Shown here one piece after another: positions 50,664-58,991 of a stretch of DNA of 64,000 nt; within the stretch, counting starts at the first letter, position 1, and every line of letters starts with the position of its first letter. The notes below the pieces were generated by a model, which was not told the origin of the DNA, ran no database searches, and saw only the letters and a program-made list of their open reading frames with translations. The stretch is from Syntrophorhabdaceae bacterium (GTDB lineage: Bacteria > Desulfobacterota > Syntrophorhabdia > Syntrophorhabdales > Syntrophorhabdaceae), in NCBI GenBank assembly GCA_963665295.1, contig OY762209.1, positions 3,648,001 through 3,712,000 on the forward strand, read 5' to 3'. A program made the translations under genes and the position numbers.

Positions 50664-51617
50664 TTACAAAATGGCATTGAAAATATAGCCGACAGCCACT
50701 ATCGTAACCGTCATAATCCCTACGAACACGGCGAGAAGGCGGACTTTGAGCACCTTCCTCAGGATGATTATCTCCGGAAGGGACAAGGCCGTGACCGCCA
50801 TCATAAACGCAAGCGTCGTGCCGAGAGAGAGGCCTTTGCTCATGAGTGCGTATACAATCGGGATCACTCCCGCAGCGTTCGAATAGAGCGGTACGCCCAC
50901 CAGTACGGCTATGGGAACCGCAAACCAGTTGCCCTTGCCCGCGTAACGGACAAGAAAGTCCTGGGGCGCGTAGCCATGTATAAAAGCGCCTATCGCGATG
51001 GCCACGATCACGAAGATCCATATCTTCCCGAGGATATCCTTTGTGTTGAGCTTCGCATACTCCAGTCTCTCCTTGAAGGATTGGGCGAAGACGAGATCGG
51101 TCGATTCCCCGAGGTGCATTTCATACACATACTCCTCGACCCATTTTTCGAGTTTGAGCCTGCCTATGATAAAGCCTCCGAAGAGTGCCACAGAAAGCCC
51201 TGTACCGATGTACAGCGCGGTTATCTTCCACCCGAAGAGTCCCCAGAGAAGCACAATGGCTACCTCATTGACCATGGGCGAAGAAATCAGAAAAGAAAAG
51301 GTTACGCCAAGGGGCACGCCGCCCTCGACAAAGCCGATAAACAGGGGTACCGCCGAGCAGGAACAGAAGGGCGTCACTACGCCGAGAAGGGCTGCCAATA
51401 TGTTACCTATAAACTCTTTTTTATGAGACAATATCTTCCTGGTCCTCTCGGGAGGAAAGTAGCTCCTGATGAAGGAGATGGCAAAGATGATTATGGCGAG
51501 GAGGATGAGTATCTTCAGGGTGTCATATATAAAGAAATCGAGTGCCGATGCCAGCCTGGAACCGCGGGACAGTCCGCAAAGGTCGTACAGAACATATCGT
51601 AAAAGCTCATTCAACAT
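50664..51617 (-). CDS. ArsP-like (DUF318) permease
   Basis: TPFCSCSAVP, FLISSPMVNE, GVPLYSN, LSLPE. Confidence 0.88.
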   Translation of the reverse strand: MLNELLRYVLYDLCGLSRGSRLASALDFFIYDTLKILILLAIIIFAISFIRSYFPPERTRKILSHKKEFIGNILAALLGVVTPFCSCSAVPLFIGFVEGGVPLGVTFSFLISSPMVNEVAIVLLWGLFGWKITALYIGTGLSVALFGGFIIGRLKLEKWVEEYVYEMHLGESTDLVFAQSFKERLEYAKLNTKDILGKIWIFVIVAIAIGAFIHGYAPQDFLVRYAGKGNWFAVPIAVLVGVPLYSNAAGVIPIVYALMSKGLSLGTTLAFMMAVTALSLPEIIILRKVLKVRLLAVFVGIMTVTIVAVGYIFNAIL

Positions 51618-51629
51618 ATCTCATCTCCA

Positions 51630-51679
51630 AACATATCAACTTATATTGATATGTTATTATACTCTTTCCGGTTTGTCAA
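51630..51679 (-). promoter_or_regulatory. Promoter with ArsR-type operator
   Basis: AACATATCAA-N6-TTGATATGTT inverted repeat (51630-51655) overlapping TTGACA-N17-TAACAT on the minus strand. Confidence 0.75.
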
Positions 51680-52038
51680 TAGGTATTGTGAAACAAAAGA
51701 TAACGCCCGGCGTCACCGGCCCCGGTGGCCGAAAAGGGCAAGGTGGGCAGTGAAGGCAATGGGGTTTTCAGCAACAGCGATATATGGTGACCCTGCGGCA
51801 GATCGGGCTGTCTGTAAGCTGTCGGTGGATGCGGCCGAGTTGATAGAGCCGTTTTTCATCGCGACAAACGCCGGTGACGGAACGTGGGGCGTTCTGCAAC
51901 GTAGCGATTACTTTGGGCAGGGTGTTACCATAGGAAGCGCCCTGAGAAGTCATAAAGGTAGCAACCGGGTATCAACCGGAATCCCGTATGGTGCGAATGT
52001 TGCGAGTGAGGGGTATTTGTAAGTTGTTGAAATAGAAA

Positions 52039-52085
52039 AGCCGACGATGGGATTCGAACCCGCGGCCTGCTCATTACGAGTGAGC
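52039..52085 (-). other. 3' half of tRNA-Thr(CGT): prophage attachment site
   Basis: GCTCA-CTCGTAA-TGAGC anticodon arm, GGTTCGAATCC T arm, CGTCGGCT acceptor strand; D arm and 5' strand absent; 10 bp from the integrase stop. Confidence 0.88.
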
Positions 52086-52095
52086 CTGAATATTG

Positions 52096-53217
52096 TCAGT
52101 TGTCCTTATTATCATCGATAGTTACAAGCGTGAGATTTCCCCGTGGGTGCATTTTGGGTGCAGTGTGAAAATGTTCTTCTACTGCGTTGCCTAGCTTCTC
52201 CATCTGCTCCTGCATATGCCCGGGGAGAAGATGCCGATAGATTTCAGTCACCTTTTTGTCCTTCTGTCCGAGAATAACCCCTATAGTGTCGAGAGAGACT
52301 CCCTCCATTGCGAGGTAAGAGGCTGCCGTGTGCCGGAGGTCATGGAGCCTGATGGGTTTCATCCCCGCGCCTATGATGCATTTGTGGAACTTCCGGGTAA
52401 CTGTGTCTTTAGACCTCCACTTAGGGAAGACATAACCCTTTTTCGTTCGTTTCAAGCCCGACAGCAACTCTTGTATTGCCTCAGAGATCATAACGACCCG
52501 TTGTTCCTTATTTTTTGTGGCGAGAATCACGATGTAGTTTTGCTTCACTTCCGGCCATTTGAGAGCTACCAGTTCTGCCCGCCTACAACCGGTTATGATG
52601 TAGAGGAGAACCATTGCGCGGAAGTCGGGGTCTTTGATCGCATCAAACATCTTGGGAAACTCGTCAGGCTCCAGAAACCGGGGCAATTTCTTTACCCCCT
52701 TAATAAGAACTTTTCCTCTTCCTTTCTTATCGTACGGGTTGCGCTCCAGGTAGCCCCATTCTACGGCCTTGTTGAACGCCGCACGGAGGCGCCTGATGTA
52801 GGTGTTCAACGTCTCCACGGACCTCTTTGCCTTGAGTATTTTGGCGTTGAAGTCGTCGAGGTCTTTCACGGTGATGGCTGCAAGTTTCTTGTTGCCTATG
52901 CGGTCAATGAAGGTCCGTAAGGATAATTCATCGGATCGTATCGAGTCCGGGGCCTTCTTCATTTCCTCGGACCATTTCTTATAATCTTCCTTAAACACCT
53001 TGAGCGTTATGTCGTTTTTGACGGTGGGTAATCCAAGAAGTTTCTCCCGGAGGATCTCCTCCTTCATGGCGGCGAACAAGTGATTGGCTTTCGTGAGGTT
53101 CTTGGTCTTGAGGGACTTTTTCTTCCCGCGCCCCAACTCAACATAGTAGATTCCGGTATCCTCGCGACGGTATAACCTCATATTGTCTATTGTATAGGTG
53201 TCAATCAAGCGTGTCAA
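52096..53217 (-). CDS. int: Tyrosine recombinase / phage integrase
   Basis: TGCRRAE, KNK, HDLRH, LGQ (usual His replaced by Gln), TEIY. Confidence 0.93.
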   Translation of the reverse strand: MTRLIDTYTIDNMRLYRREDTGIYYVELGRGKKKSLKTKNLTKANHLFAAMKEEILREKLLGLPTVKNDITLKVFKEDYKKWSEEMKKAPDSIRSDELSLRTFIDRIGNKKLAAITVKDLDDFNAKILKAKRSVETLNTYIRRLRAAFNKAVEWGYLERNPYDKKGRGKVLIKGVKKLPRFLEPDEFPKMFDAIKDPDFRAMVLLYIITGCRRAELVALKWPEVKQNYIVILATKNKEQRVVMISEAIQELLSGLKRTKKGYVFPKWRSKDTVTRKFHKCIIGAGMKPIRLHDLRHTAASYLAMEGVSLDTIGVILGQKDKKVTEIYRHLLPGHMQEQMEKLGNAVEEHFHTAPKMHPRGNLTLVTIDDNKDN

Positions 53218-53220
53218 AGT

Positions 53221-53457
53221 TTATTTTCTCCCCGATCTCATGCTCGCAAGGATACTCCTTGCTTCTTCCCTGTAATTCACCACGCCCGCCAATTGATAGC
53301 GGTCTATCGATTCGCGGTCTATACGCCATTTGCCTTCTTTCTTCGCGACGAAATCACCCGAAGCGATGTGTTGCATTATGGTGGTCCGGGACATCGATGC
53401 ATATCGGCTGGCCTGGGAAACGGATAACCAACGGGGGGTAATGTCTGTCATATTCAT
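53221..53457 (-). CDS. xis: Excisionase-like HTH protein
   Basis: WLSVSQASRY..SRTTI...GKWRIDRESID; immediately upstream of the integrase. Confidence 0.82.
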   Translation of the reverse strand: MNMTDITPRWLSVSQASRYASMSRTTIMQHIASGDFVAKKEGKWRIDRESIDRYQLAGVVNYREEARSILASMRSGRK

Positions 53458-53459
53458 AT

Positions 53460-53624
53460 TTATTCTCCAATCTCCCTCAAATTAGGGCTCTCGCACCATT
53501 CAGGTATTGCCATTGGGTTAATATTTCGTTTCCTTTCATCTCTTGCGCAGTAATGGACCTGTCCGTCCTGATTCCACTTAAGGTCACGACAGATGCAGCA
53601 ACTTATAAAGACCAGGGCTTTCAT
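53460..53624 (-). CDS. Small Cys-rich phage protein
   Basis: ATGA-coupled start; CCIC..YC..IPEWC. Confidence 0.6.
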   Translation of the reverse strand: MKALVFISCCICRDLKWNQDGQVHYCARDERKRNINPMAIPEWCESPNLREIGE

Positions 53625-54139
53625 ATATCCCCTTTCATACTCGCCTGTACCTCTGAAAATGATTTCCATCCCCTTTCCGTGAGCTCTGTCGTATAGACCT
53701 CCTTCCTCGGTAGCAGCGGCACCCAGTGCTCATCACAGAAGAGTCGGTAATGCCATACGTCGTTCTTCTTCCCCTCCCCATAATACGGAGGCTCAACCCA
53801 TATCCTTCGTTGATCCTCGGGGGAGAAAAAGGCGTCCAGCCATAACTTGCTGAGCTTCTCATCCTTTGGCAGAAGGCTGCCACTCAAGGGTTCCCGGAAT
53901 GAAAGGGACAAGTGCCAGCACCGCTCATAGTCGGGGTTCTTCCACCATCCACCCGTGTGATAACCGATATCCCTGGTAAAGATGATGATGGTTCCCGTGG
54001 CGCTGTGTTGCGCCGTGCAGTGATTGATTAGCTTCTTATTCTCGGGAGTGTCCGTGCCGCCGAAGAAACCGTGTTTTGCCCTACGATACATCTCGCGGGC
54101 GACCATGGAAGGTAATTCGTGGTGGTCAAAAATGATCAT
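53621..54139 (-). CDS. Phage hypothetical protein
   Basis: ATGA-coupled at both ends; CWHLSLS and VWHYRL motifs. Confidence 0.7.
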   Translation of the reverse strand: MIIFDHHELPSMVAREMYRRAKHGFFGGTDTPENKKLINHCTAQHSATGTIIIFTRDIGYHTGGWWKNPDYERCWHLSLSFREPLSGSLLPKDEKLSKLWLDAFFSPEDQRRIWVEPPYYGEGKKNDVWHYRLFCDEHWVPLLPRKEVYTTELTERGWKSFSEVQASMKGDI

Positions 54140-54744
54140 TCGGCCCTCCCGAACCCGATCCCCCAGTTCCACGGGTTCTGTCCCTTCACCTTTGGGTTCA
54201 GCGCGTAGAAGTAGTCAAGGAACTCCTGGCGACTCTGGAAGCCTTCTCTGTGGGCATCATCCGTCGTGATGTCCAATAGACGTTCCACCTTGGTGTCGGT
54301 GCGGATGAGGTTGTCTATGCGGCTATAACGTCTCTTTAGGAAAAACGATGATTTCCATTTCCCGAAGGCGGGGTAGCTGTCGAGGCTCCATGTGGCTGGG
54401 CATTCCGCCAATATGCCTTCTGTGCCGATGTAGTATGCCTTGTTATCTGCTCTGTAAGCGATAAGAGGAGCGCCATACTCATCGCATGTCTCGGCCCAGG
54501 TTTCTTTCACCCAGAGTGTGTCGCCTTCCATGCCGTATGGACATTTTACGATCCTGCAATATCCGTTGGGTTTACAAAAGAGGGCTTCCAAAACGCCATT
54601 AACAGGCGACAAGCTTATCAATCTCCAGTCGCCCGGGGCCTCATTGATCTCCTTCAGCCCCCTCGTCCTTCTGGTCATATCTTTCAGGTCCTTCTGTATG
54701 CCTACCACCATGGGACCGCTCATGAGTATTGGAATATCCTTCAT
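54136..54744 (-). CDS. Phage ASCH/PUA-like domain protein
   Basis: PILMSGPMV..K.MTRR, CPYG..GD.LWVKETW, VERL.DI...DA..EG, NPW.W.I.F. Confidence 0.72.
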   Translation of the reverse strand: MKDIPILMSGPMVVGIQKDLKDMTRRTRGLKEINEAPGDWRLISLSPVNGVLEALFCKPNGYCRIVKCPYGMEGDTLWVKETWAETCDEYGAPLIAYRADNKAYYIGTEGILAECPATWSLDSYPAFGKWKSSFFLKRRYSRIDNLIRTDTKVERLLDITTDDAHREGFQSRQEFLDYFYALNPKVKGQNPWNWGIGFGRAE

Positions 54745-55670
54745 TGCACCCTCCAGGCCAGTTCCCTATATTCGCTGCCGTCGAGGAGATGACCGGCTCT
54801 GTTCTGGCCGACACGGTACATGGCTTCCTTGCCGAATAGAACCATATCTCTATCCTCCACAATGCCTTTTCCGGCTGGCCACCACTCCCCCCACTGTTTG
54901 AAATAGAAGGCTGTTCCTGCCGCCGCACATTGATCTCTATCCGATCTGAAAACATCTGGATGGGAAGGGCGGGCTTTTGATGATGTCTCGCCTCCAGAAA
55001 CCACGCCCAACACGCGCTTTAGATCGTCTCCATAATCAATGATGCCTAAACCCGGTTCGTGAGAAATCCACAGCTTTCCAGGTATGGACAAGAAGGAGCC
55101 CTTCTTTTTGCCCCACTCGGGTTGATTGCAGACGGTAAGGCCGAGCCACAGGTTAGGGAACGGCCAGGAATCCGAGATTATGGTCCGTTTACCATCTTTT
55201 CCGAAGTTCTTCTCTGAAGTGGTGATTGCGTAGTACTGGTCACAGTGGTATTGGATGGCGCCCGCTCTTGACGTCCATTCATCTCGCGGAGCCGTAATGT
55301 ACCTCAGCGCCCTATCAGGTCTTTTTGTGAGGGCTACGAAAGTGTGATGCTTTGCCATCGCAATGACAGCAAATATGGCATCCCTGAATTCATCGGACAC
55401 CCCTTCATGCCACAGGTCGCCCATGAATTGGACGCCGATGATGGAAGGCTTCCTTAGTTTGAGCGGTGTGAGCAGTTCTGGTTCCTTAAGGACGAAACCT
55501 TCTTGGCCGCCGTATGCTAGCCGCTCGTTGATGCCTATTGTGGGGCTCTTGCTTAGCCGTTCGCACATTCTCAGGTGCCAGCAGTTCTCGCACCCGGGTG
55601 AACACTGCGTACACCTCATGGCGACCGGATTCCAAGTGTGTGTCAAATACTCAATCCCTGTTTTCTGCAT
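54741..55670 (-). CDS. DUF5131 (phage Gp37/Gp68) family protein
   Basis: IEY..HTWNP..CTQCSPGCENC, MGDLWHE, LTKRP, S.EP.LG, GGET, FKQWG; AGGAGG RBS. Confidence 0.88.
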   Translation of the reverse strand: MQKTGIEYLTHTWNPVAMRCTQCSPGCENCWHLRMCERLSKSPTIGINERLAYGGQEGFVLKEPELLTPLKLRKPSIIGVQFMGDLWHEGVSDEFRDAIFAVIAMAKHHTFVALTKRPDRALRYITAPRDEWTSRAGAIQYHCDQYYAITTSEKNFGKDGKRTIISDSWPFPNLWLGLTVCNQPEWGKKKGSFLSIPGKLWISHEPGLGIIDYGDDLKRVLGVVSGGETSSKARPSHPDVFRSDRDQCAAAGTAFYFKQWGEWWPAGKGIVEDRDMVLFGKEAMYRVGQNRAGHLLDGSEYRELAWRVQ

Positions 55671-55753
55671 AAGGGGGTAGCCTCCTTTACTTGACAAATT
55701 GGTACTGAAAATACGTTTTACTTGACATCGATACCGATGGAGCCCAAGGCTTG

Positions 55754-56125
55754 TCAATCCTCTCCAGGTATCCTCGCAATGATAGCCCGCGCCTTTTCAC
55801 GCCAAGCGTGAACACGTGAACCTCCGCCGCACCCGCTTTCGTTGAGTGCCTCTTTCAATATTGCCAGCAACTCAGGCGCAGCCGTTATGAGATCGACATC
55901 ACACTCCGAATTAAACCCGAACCTATCAGCGCCACCATCAAGGTGTGGAACGGCGCGGCGCGAGCCCTGGAATACTTGCGCAATCAGGACCCTGCCATTG
56001 GGATGCTTGGATTCGATATGTTTGGGTCCATATACATAATGTCCGTCCCTAACCCATGGTCCCGGTGTGGGTTTCATGCACGGCGCCCACTCTTCTGTTC
56101 CCGTCTTCTTCGTCTCAATTGGCAC
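55754..56125 (-). CDS. Phage hypothetical protein
   Basis: TPGPW...LI.AAPELL..L signature common in phage early proteins. Confidence 0.72.
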   Translation of the reverse strand: MPIETKKTGTEEWAPCMKPTPGPWVRDGHYVYGPKHIESKHPNGRVLIAQVFQGSRRAVPHLDGGADRFGFNSECDVDLITAAPELLAILKEALNESGCGGGSRVHAWREKARAIIARIPGED

Positions 56126-56630
56126 TGTCCACCCCCGTCTTTTCTTCCAACTCCCCAGGCATTTCCTTGAATTGAAGGTTCCTATGCGCCCCGACCACCG
56201 CGAGTCTGTCCCGTGGGATCGCCATCACCTTCAGTTCCGCCTCCGTAGGATAGACATATTGGACGTTCCGAGCCCTGAGCCGCCGTAAGTATTCGGTGTA
56301 TTCCTCCTCCGTCGAGGGCCGAACTTTAGCGTCTCGTTCCTTGCAACGCTTCAGATATTCTCTATGCTCCTTGCATCTTCCCGGAATGCGCCCGAGACCG
56401 CACTCGCAGGAAGCCGAGGAACCGCCCGAGTGTTTACAATGCGACATGGTGCAGCCCGGGGGCTCAAGGTATCCTATGATCTGCCAAACAAGATTGTTCA
56501 TCTCATGGTCCGCCATGCCTCGCTTTTCCAGGGTATAAAGCAGTTCCTTGATGGACATCTTTTCCGGATCCAGACCTCTGGATTGCAGAGCCTTTTTCAG
56601 TCTTCCAAGCTTCGCGTATGCATTCCACAT
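56115..56630 (-). CDS. Phage hypothetical protein (Cys cluster)
   Basis: Co-oriented, tightly packed ORF; start uncertain. Confidence 0.6.
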   Translation of the reverse strand: MWNAYAKLGRLKKALQSRGLDPEKMSIKELLYTLEKRGMADHEMNNLVWQIIGYLEPPGCTMSHCKHSGGSSASCECGLGRIPGRCKEHREYLKRCKERDAKVRPSTEEEYTEYLRRLRARNVQYVYPTEAELKVMAIPRDRLAVVGAHRNLQFKEMPGELEEKTGVDSAN

Positions 56631-56631
56631 A

Positions 56632-56958
56632 TCAGTCACCCCCGCTTCCCTTTTTCTTCTCGTCCATTTCTTTTGCGACCTCCGCACATACCTCATCCCA
56701 CCGTCTTGACATAAAGGCCTCGCCCAGATCCGTATAAAGCATGTCCAATATCCGTCCGCAGCATTCGTCTACGAGGGGCATACCGAAAAGGGTGCTCAGG
56801 CTGTACCTCTTGTCGCGATCCGTGAGTTCAGGATGGACAGTCCCGCAGACATGACATACCACCTGTTCTCGCGTGCGCGTCGACGTGGTGCACCAATCGA
56901 ACTCTGCCGGACCCGCTGGGGTCTTGACCATCGTTGTTATGTGAGTTACTTTTGACAC
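56632..56958 (-). CDS. Phage hypothetical protein (CxxC...CC)
   Basis: GAGG RBS, GTG start, packed in the operon. Confidence 0.62.
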   Translation of the reverse strand: MSKVTHITTMVKTPAGPAEFDWCTTSTRTREQVVCHVCGTVHPELTDRDKRYSLSTLFGMPLVDECCGRILDMLYTDLGEAFMSRRWDEVCAEVAKEMDEKKKGSGGD

Positions 56959-56969
56959 TTGACCTCCTC

Positions 56970-57437
56970 TCAGGGCATAAGCGCGGGCAACAATGCCGGC
57001 ATTATCCCGATCTCATACGCCTGCTTTATCTGCGGTTTCATCCATGACCCAACGGTCTGTCCATCAGGCAAGACAATGTGCGCCATAAACTCGTCTTCGA
57101 AGACCGTGATTCCCGATTCCACGGCTTCCAACTTGGCCTTAATGACCAGGGCCAGGGCGCGCCAGCGTTGTCGCAGCGCCTGTTCATAGGCTTCATTGGC
57201 TGCCTTTTCTGTTCTCAATGTGTCACGATTTGGGGTGTGCGTGAATTCCCGCAGGTCCCTATCAGGCAAGGGAAGTATGAACTTTACACGCCGGCCTTGC
57301 ATCTCGAAGGCGATTACGGCCGATGAAGCTTGCCAGCCATAAAGGAAGCCTTGCGCGCCATACTTGGTCAGGATACGCTCTATCTCATTGCGGGATTTTT
57401 CAGAACTTACCGTAGTTGACTCGGCATATTTCATCAA
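56970..57437 (-). CDS. Conserved phage hypothetical protein
   Basis: YA..T.VS.EKSR.EIE..L..YGA, RQRWRALALVIKAKLEAV.SGI..FE.EF. Confidence 0.78.
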   Translation of the reverse strand: MMKYAESTTVSSEKSRNEIERILTKYGAQGFLYGWQASSAVIAFEMQGRRVKFILPLPDRDLREFTHTPNRDTLRTEKAANEAYEQALRQRWRALALVIKAKLEAVESGITVFEDEFMAHIVLPDGQTVGSWMKPQIKQAYEIGIMPALLPALMP

Positions 57438-57446
57438 GTGCTCTCC

Positions 57447-57815
57447 TTATCGATAAAGCTTGTACTGTGGGTCCGTTAGAAATGTCTTGAATGTCAGGTC
57501 AGGGCAACAGTCCAGCAGCGATAAGAAACTGTTGTACCGCTTCTTTGCCCTCGATGGCCTTTCTCTATGTTTGGCAACGTAAGCCTTGCCCAGGTCAGTC
57601 ACGCAAAAAACCCTGTCCCCACTCTCGAGGAACCGGGGAGGATCGGCTTCCCGCATCATGCCCACCTCACAGAGACGGAGAAGAGTGGGCATGTCGCTAT
57701 GGTCCTTTCCGGCAACGAAATGATTCCTGTAGGATTCTTCACGGTAAATGTCGGTAAGGCCGAGTGTGTGAAGCATGATGGCAAAATCCGCATTTCTTAT
57801 GGTTATCTTTGGCAT
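57447..57815 (-). CDS. Phage hypothetical protein
   Basis: H.LG..YRNHFV..F.VT..G pattern; AAGGAG RBS. Confidence 0.68.
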   Translation of the reverse strand: MPKITIRNADFAIMLHTLGLTDIYREESYRNHFVAGKDHSDMPTLLRLCEVGMMREADPPRFLESGDRVFCVTDLGKAYVAKHRERPSRAKKRYNSFLSLLDCCPDLTFKTFLTDPQYKLYR

Positions 57816-58684
57816 GAGGACTCCTTAAATAGCGGCATAGTCTTCTCTTCACTCCCATGCCGGTAATCTTCATACGGTATGTGTTCCAGCCATCTGAGCC
57901 GGGAGTAATAACGCACCATGTCCTGCAGCTCTTTCTCAGTCCATCCCGGCGCCACATAGTCGTTTTTGGTCCGGCATTTAAGAGGTTGATATCTCATGGG
58001 CGTGGGCCTGATCTTAAGCGACCGTACCCACTCCAGCTTCTCTCGGGCCTTCGCTGGCGTATCGTCGTAGCCTATGAGGACATAGACGCCTATATCCGTC
58101 ATCCCCTCCGCCCTGGTACGCAAGACCGCATTAAAGACGTCTCCCTGATCGGCCATGGTGTCCAGGGAGAACCGGACCTTCACAGCCTTCAACTCTGCGA
58201 TCCTCTCAGCGTGATGTGAGGTAAACAAACTCGCGTCGAGGCCCTGGTTGAAATCTACAAATGGAAGAGATTTCAACCGGTCAATCACCCTATCGAAGTG
58301 CTTCTCGCTTGCAGCAAGGAGGTTGTTGTCGGATATCAAGGGACGGGTCTCCCAGTCCGTCAATTCCTTCAGGTCGCCCTCTATTTTGGGAACCGCACAG
58401 AAGGGACAGTTGTTGGGGCACCCGCGAGTAGTGAAGGTGGCCAAGGGGTTATGGAAGGCAAGGACCGGGAAATCAGTGTGGCTCAAACTGTCCCTTGTAG
58501 GTACGTGGATTCCAACCGGGAGAGCATCCACGTTATTGACGACCGCAGGTCCTCCCATGATGACCTTTTTCTTGGATGCCTCGGCAATCCTGGCCGCCTC
58601 TGGAATGTCCCAGGAAAAGACCACGGAGATATACAGGGTATCCCTTATGGTCCACTGCACTATGCCCTTGCTCCAGTTATACAT
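57803..58684 (-). CDS. Phage radical SAM protein
   Basis: TTRGCPNNCPFC (CxxxCxxC), DNNLLA, DFNQGLDA, VYVLIGY. Confidence 0.88.
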   Translation of the reverse strand: MYNWSKGIVQWTIRDTLYISVVFSWDIPEAARIAEASKKKVIMGGPAVVNNVDALPVGIHVPTRDSLSHTDFPVLAFHNPLATFTTRGCPNNCPFCAVPKIEGDLKELTDWETRPLISDNNLLAASEKHFDRVIDRLKSLPFVDFNQGLDASLFTSHHAERIAELKAVKVRFSLDTMADQGDVFNAVLRTRAEGMTDIGVYVLIGYDDTPAKAREKLEWVRSLKIRPTPMRYQPLKCRTKNDYVAPGWTEKELQDMVRYYSRLRWLEHIPYEDYRHGSEEKTMPLFKESSCQR

Positions 58685-58991
58685 GCCCCCCCCCTTTCCT
58701 TCTTCTCCGCTGCCAATCTCTCCGCTTCCTTTCGATCCCATATGACCCAAAAAGGCACCCAGGCTTCCTTAAGGAGGTAATGTTCTTCTCCGCAGTCGAC
58801 GCATTTAAAAGTGATGTGCCCGATGTACTCGGTGGGTACGGTCCTGCCTTTGGATTCGTGCCCGTCTCCGCGACAAACTGGACAAACGAAGAGGCGGCAG
58901 GAAATCGCCTCGGTAGGGGAGACTCCCAGGACCAGGTGCAGATTGGGCAATTTTCGGGATGGCATTCAAGGTTCTGATTAGACGGAGTCAC
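58660..58991 (-). CDS. Small Cys-rich phage protein, frame ambiguous
   Basis: Two open frames (58677-58991 and 58660-58965); the latter has CPVC..CVDC. Confidence 0.5.

Noticed and set aside
45813..51602. Long ORFs 45813-47090 (-) and 50475-51602 (+)
   Set aside because: Antisense shadows of the ABC permease and the ArsP-like permease.
44272..51617. Selenocysteine (UGA) readthrough in the redox and metal proteins
   Set aside because: Despite the yedF operon, the catalytic positions I checked are Cys codons and the UGA stops fall at expected C-termini.
51651..52022. 123-aa ORF next to the att site
   Set aside because: No RBS or recognisable motif, and it overlaps the arsP promoter.
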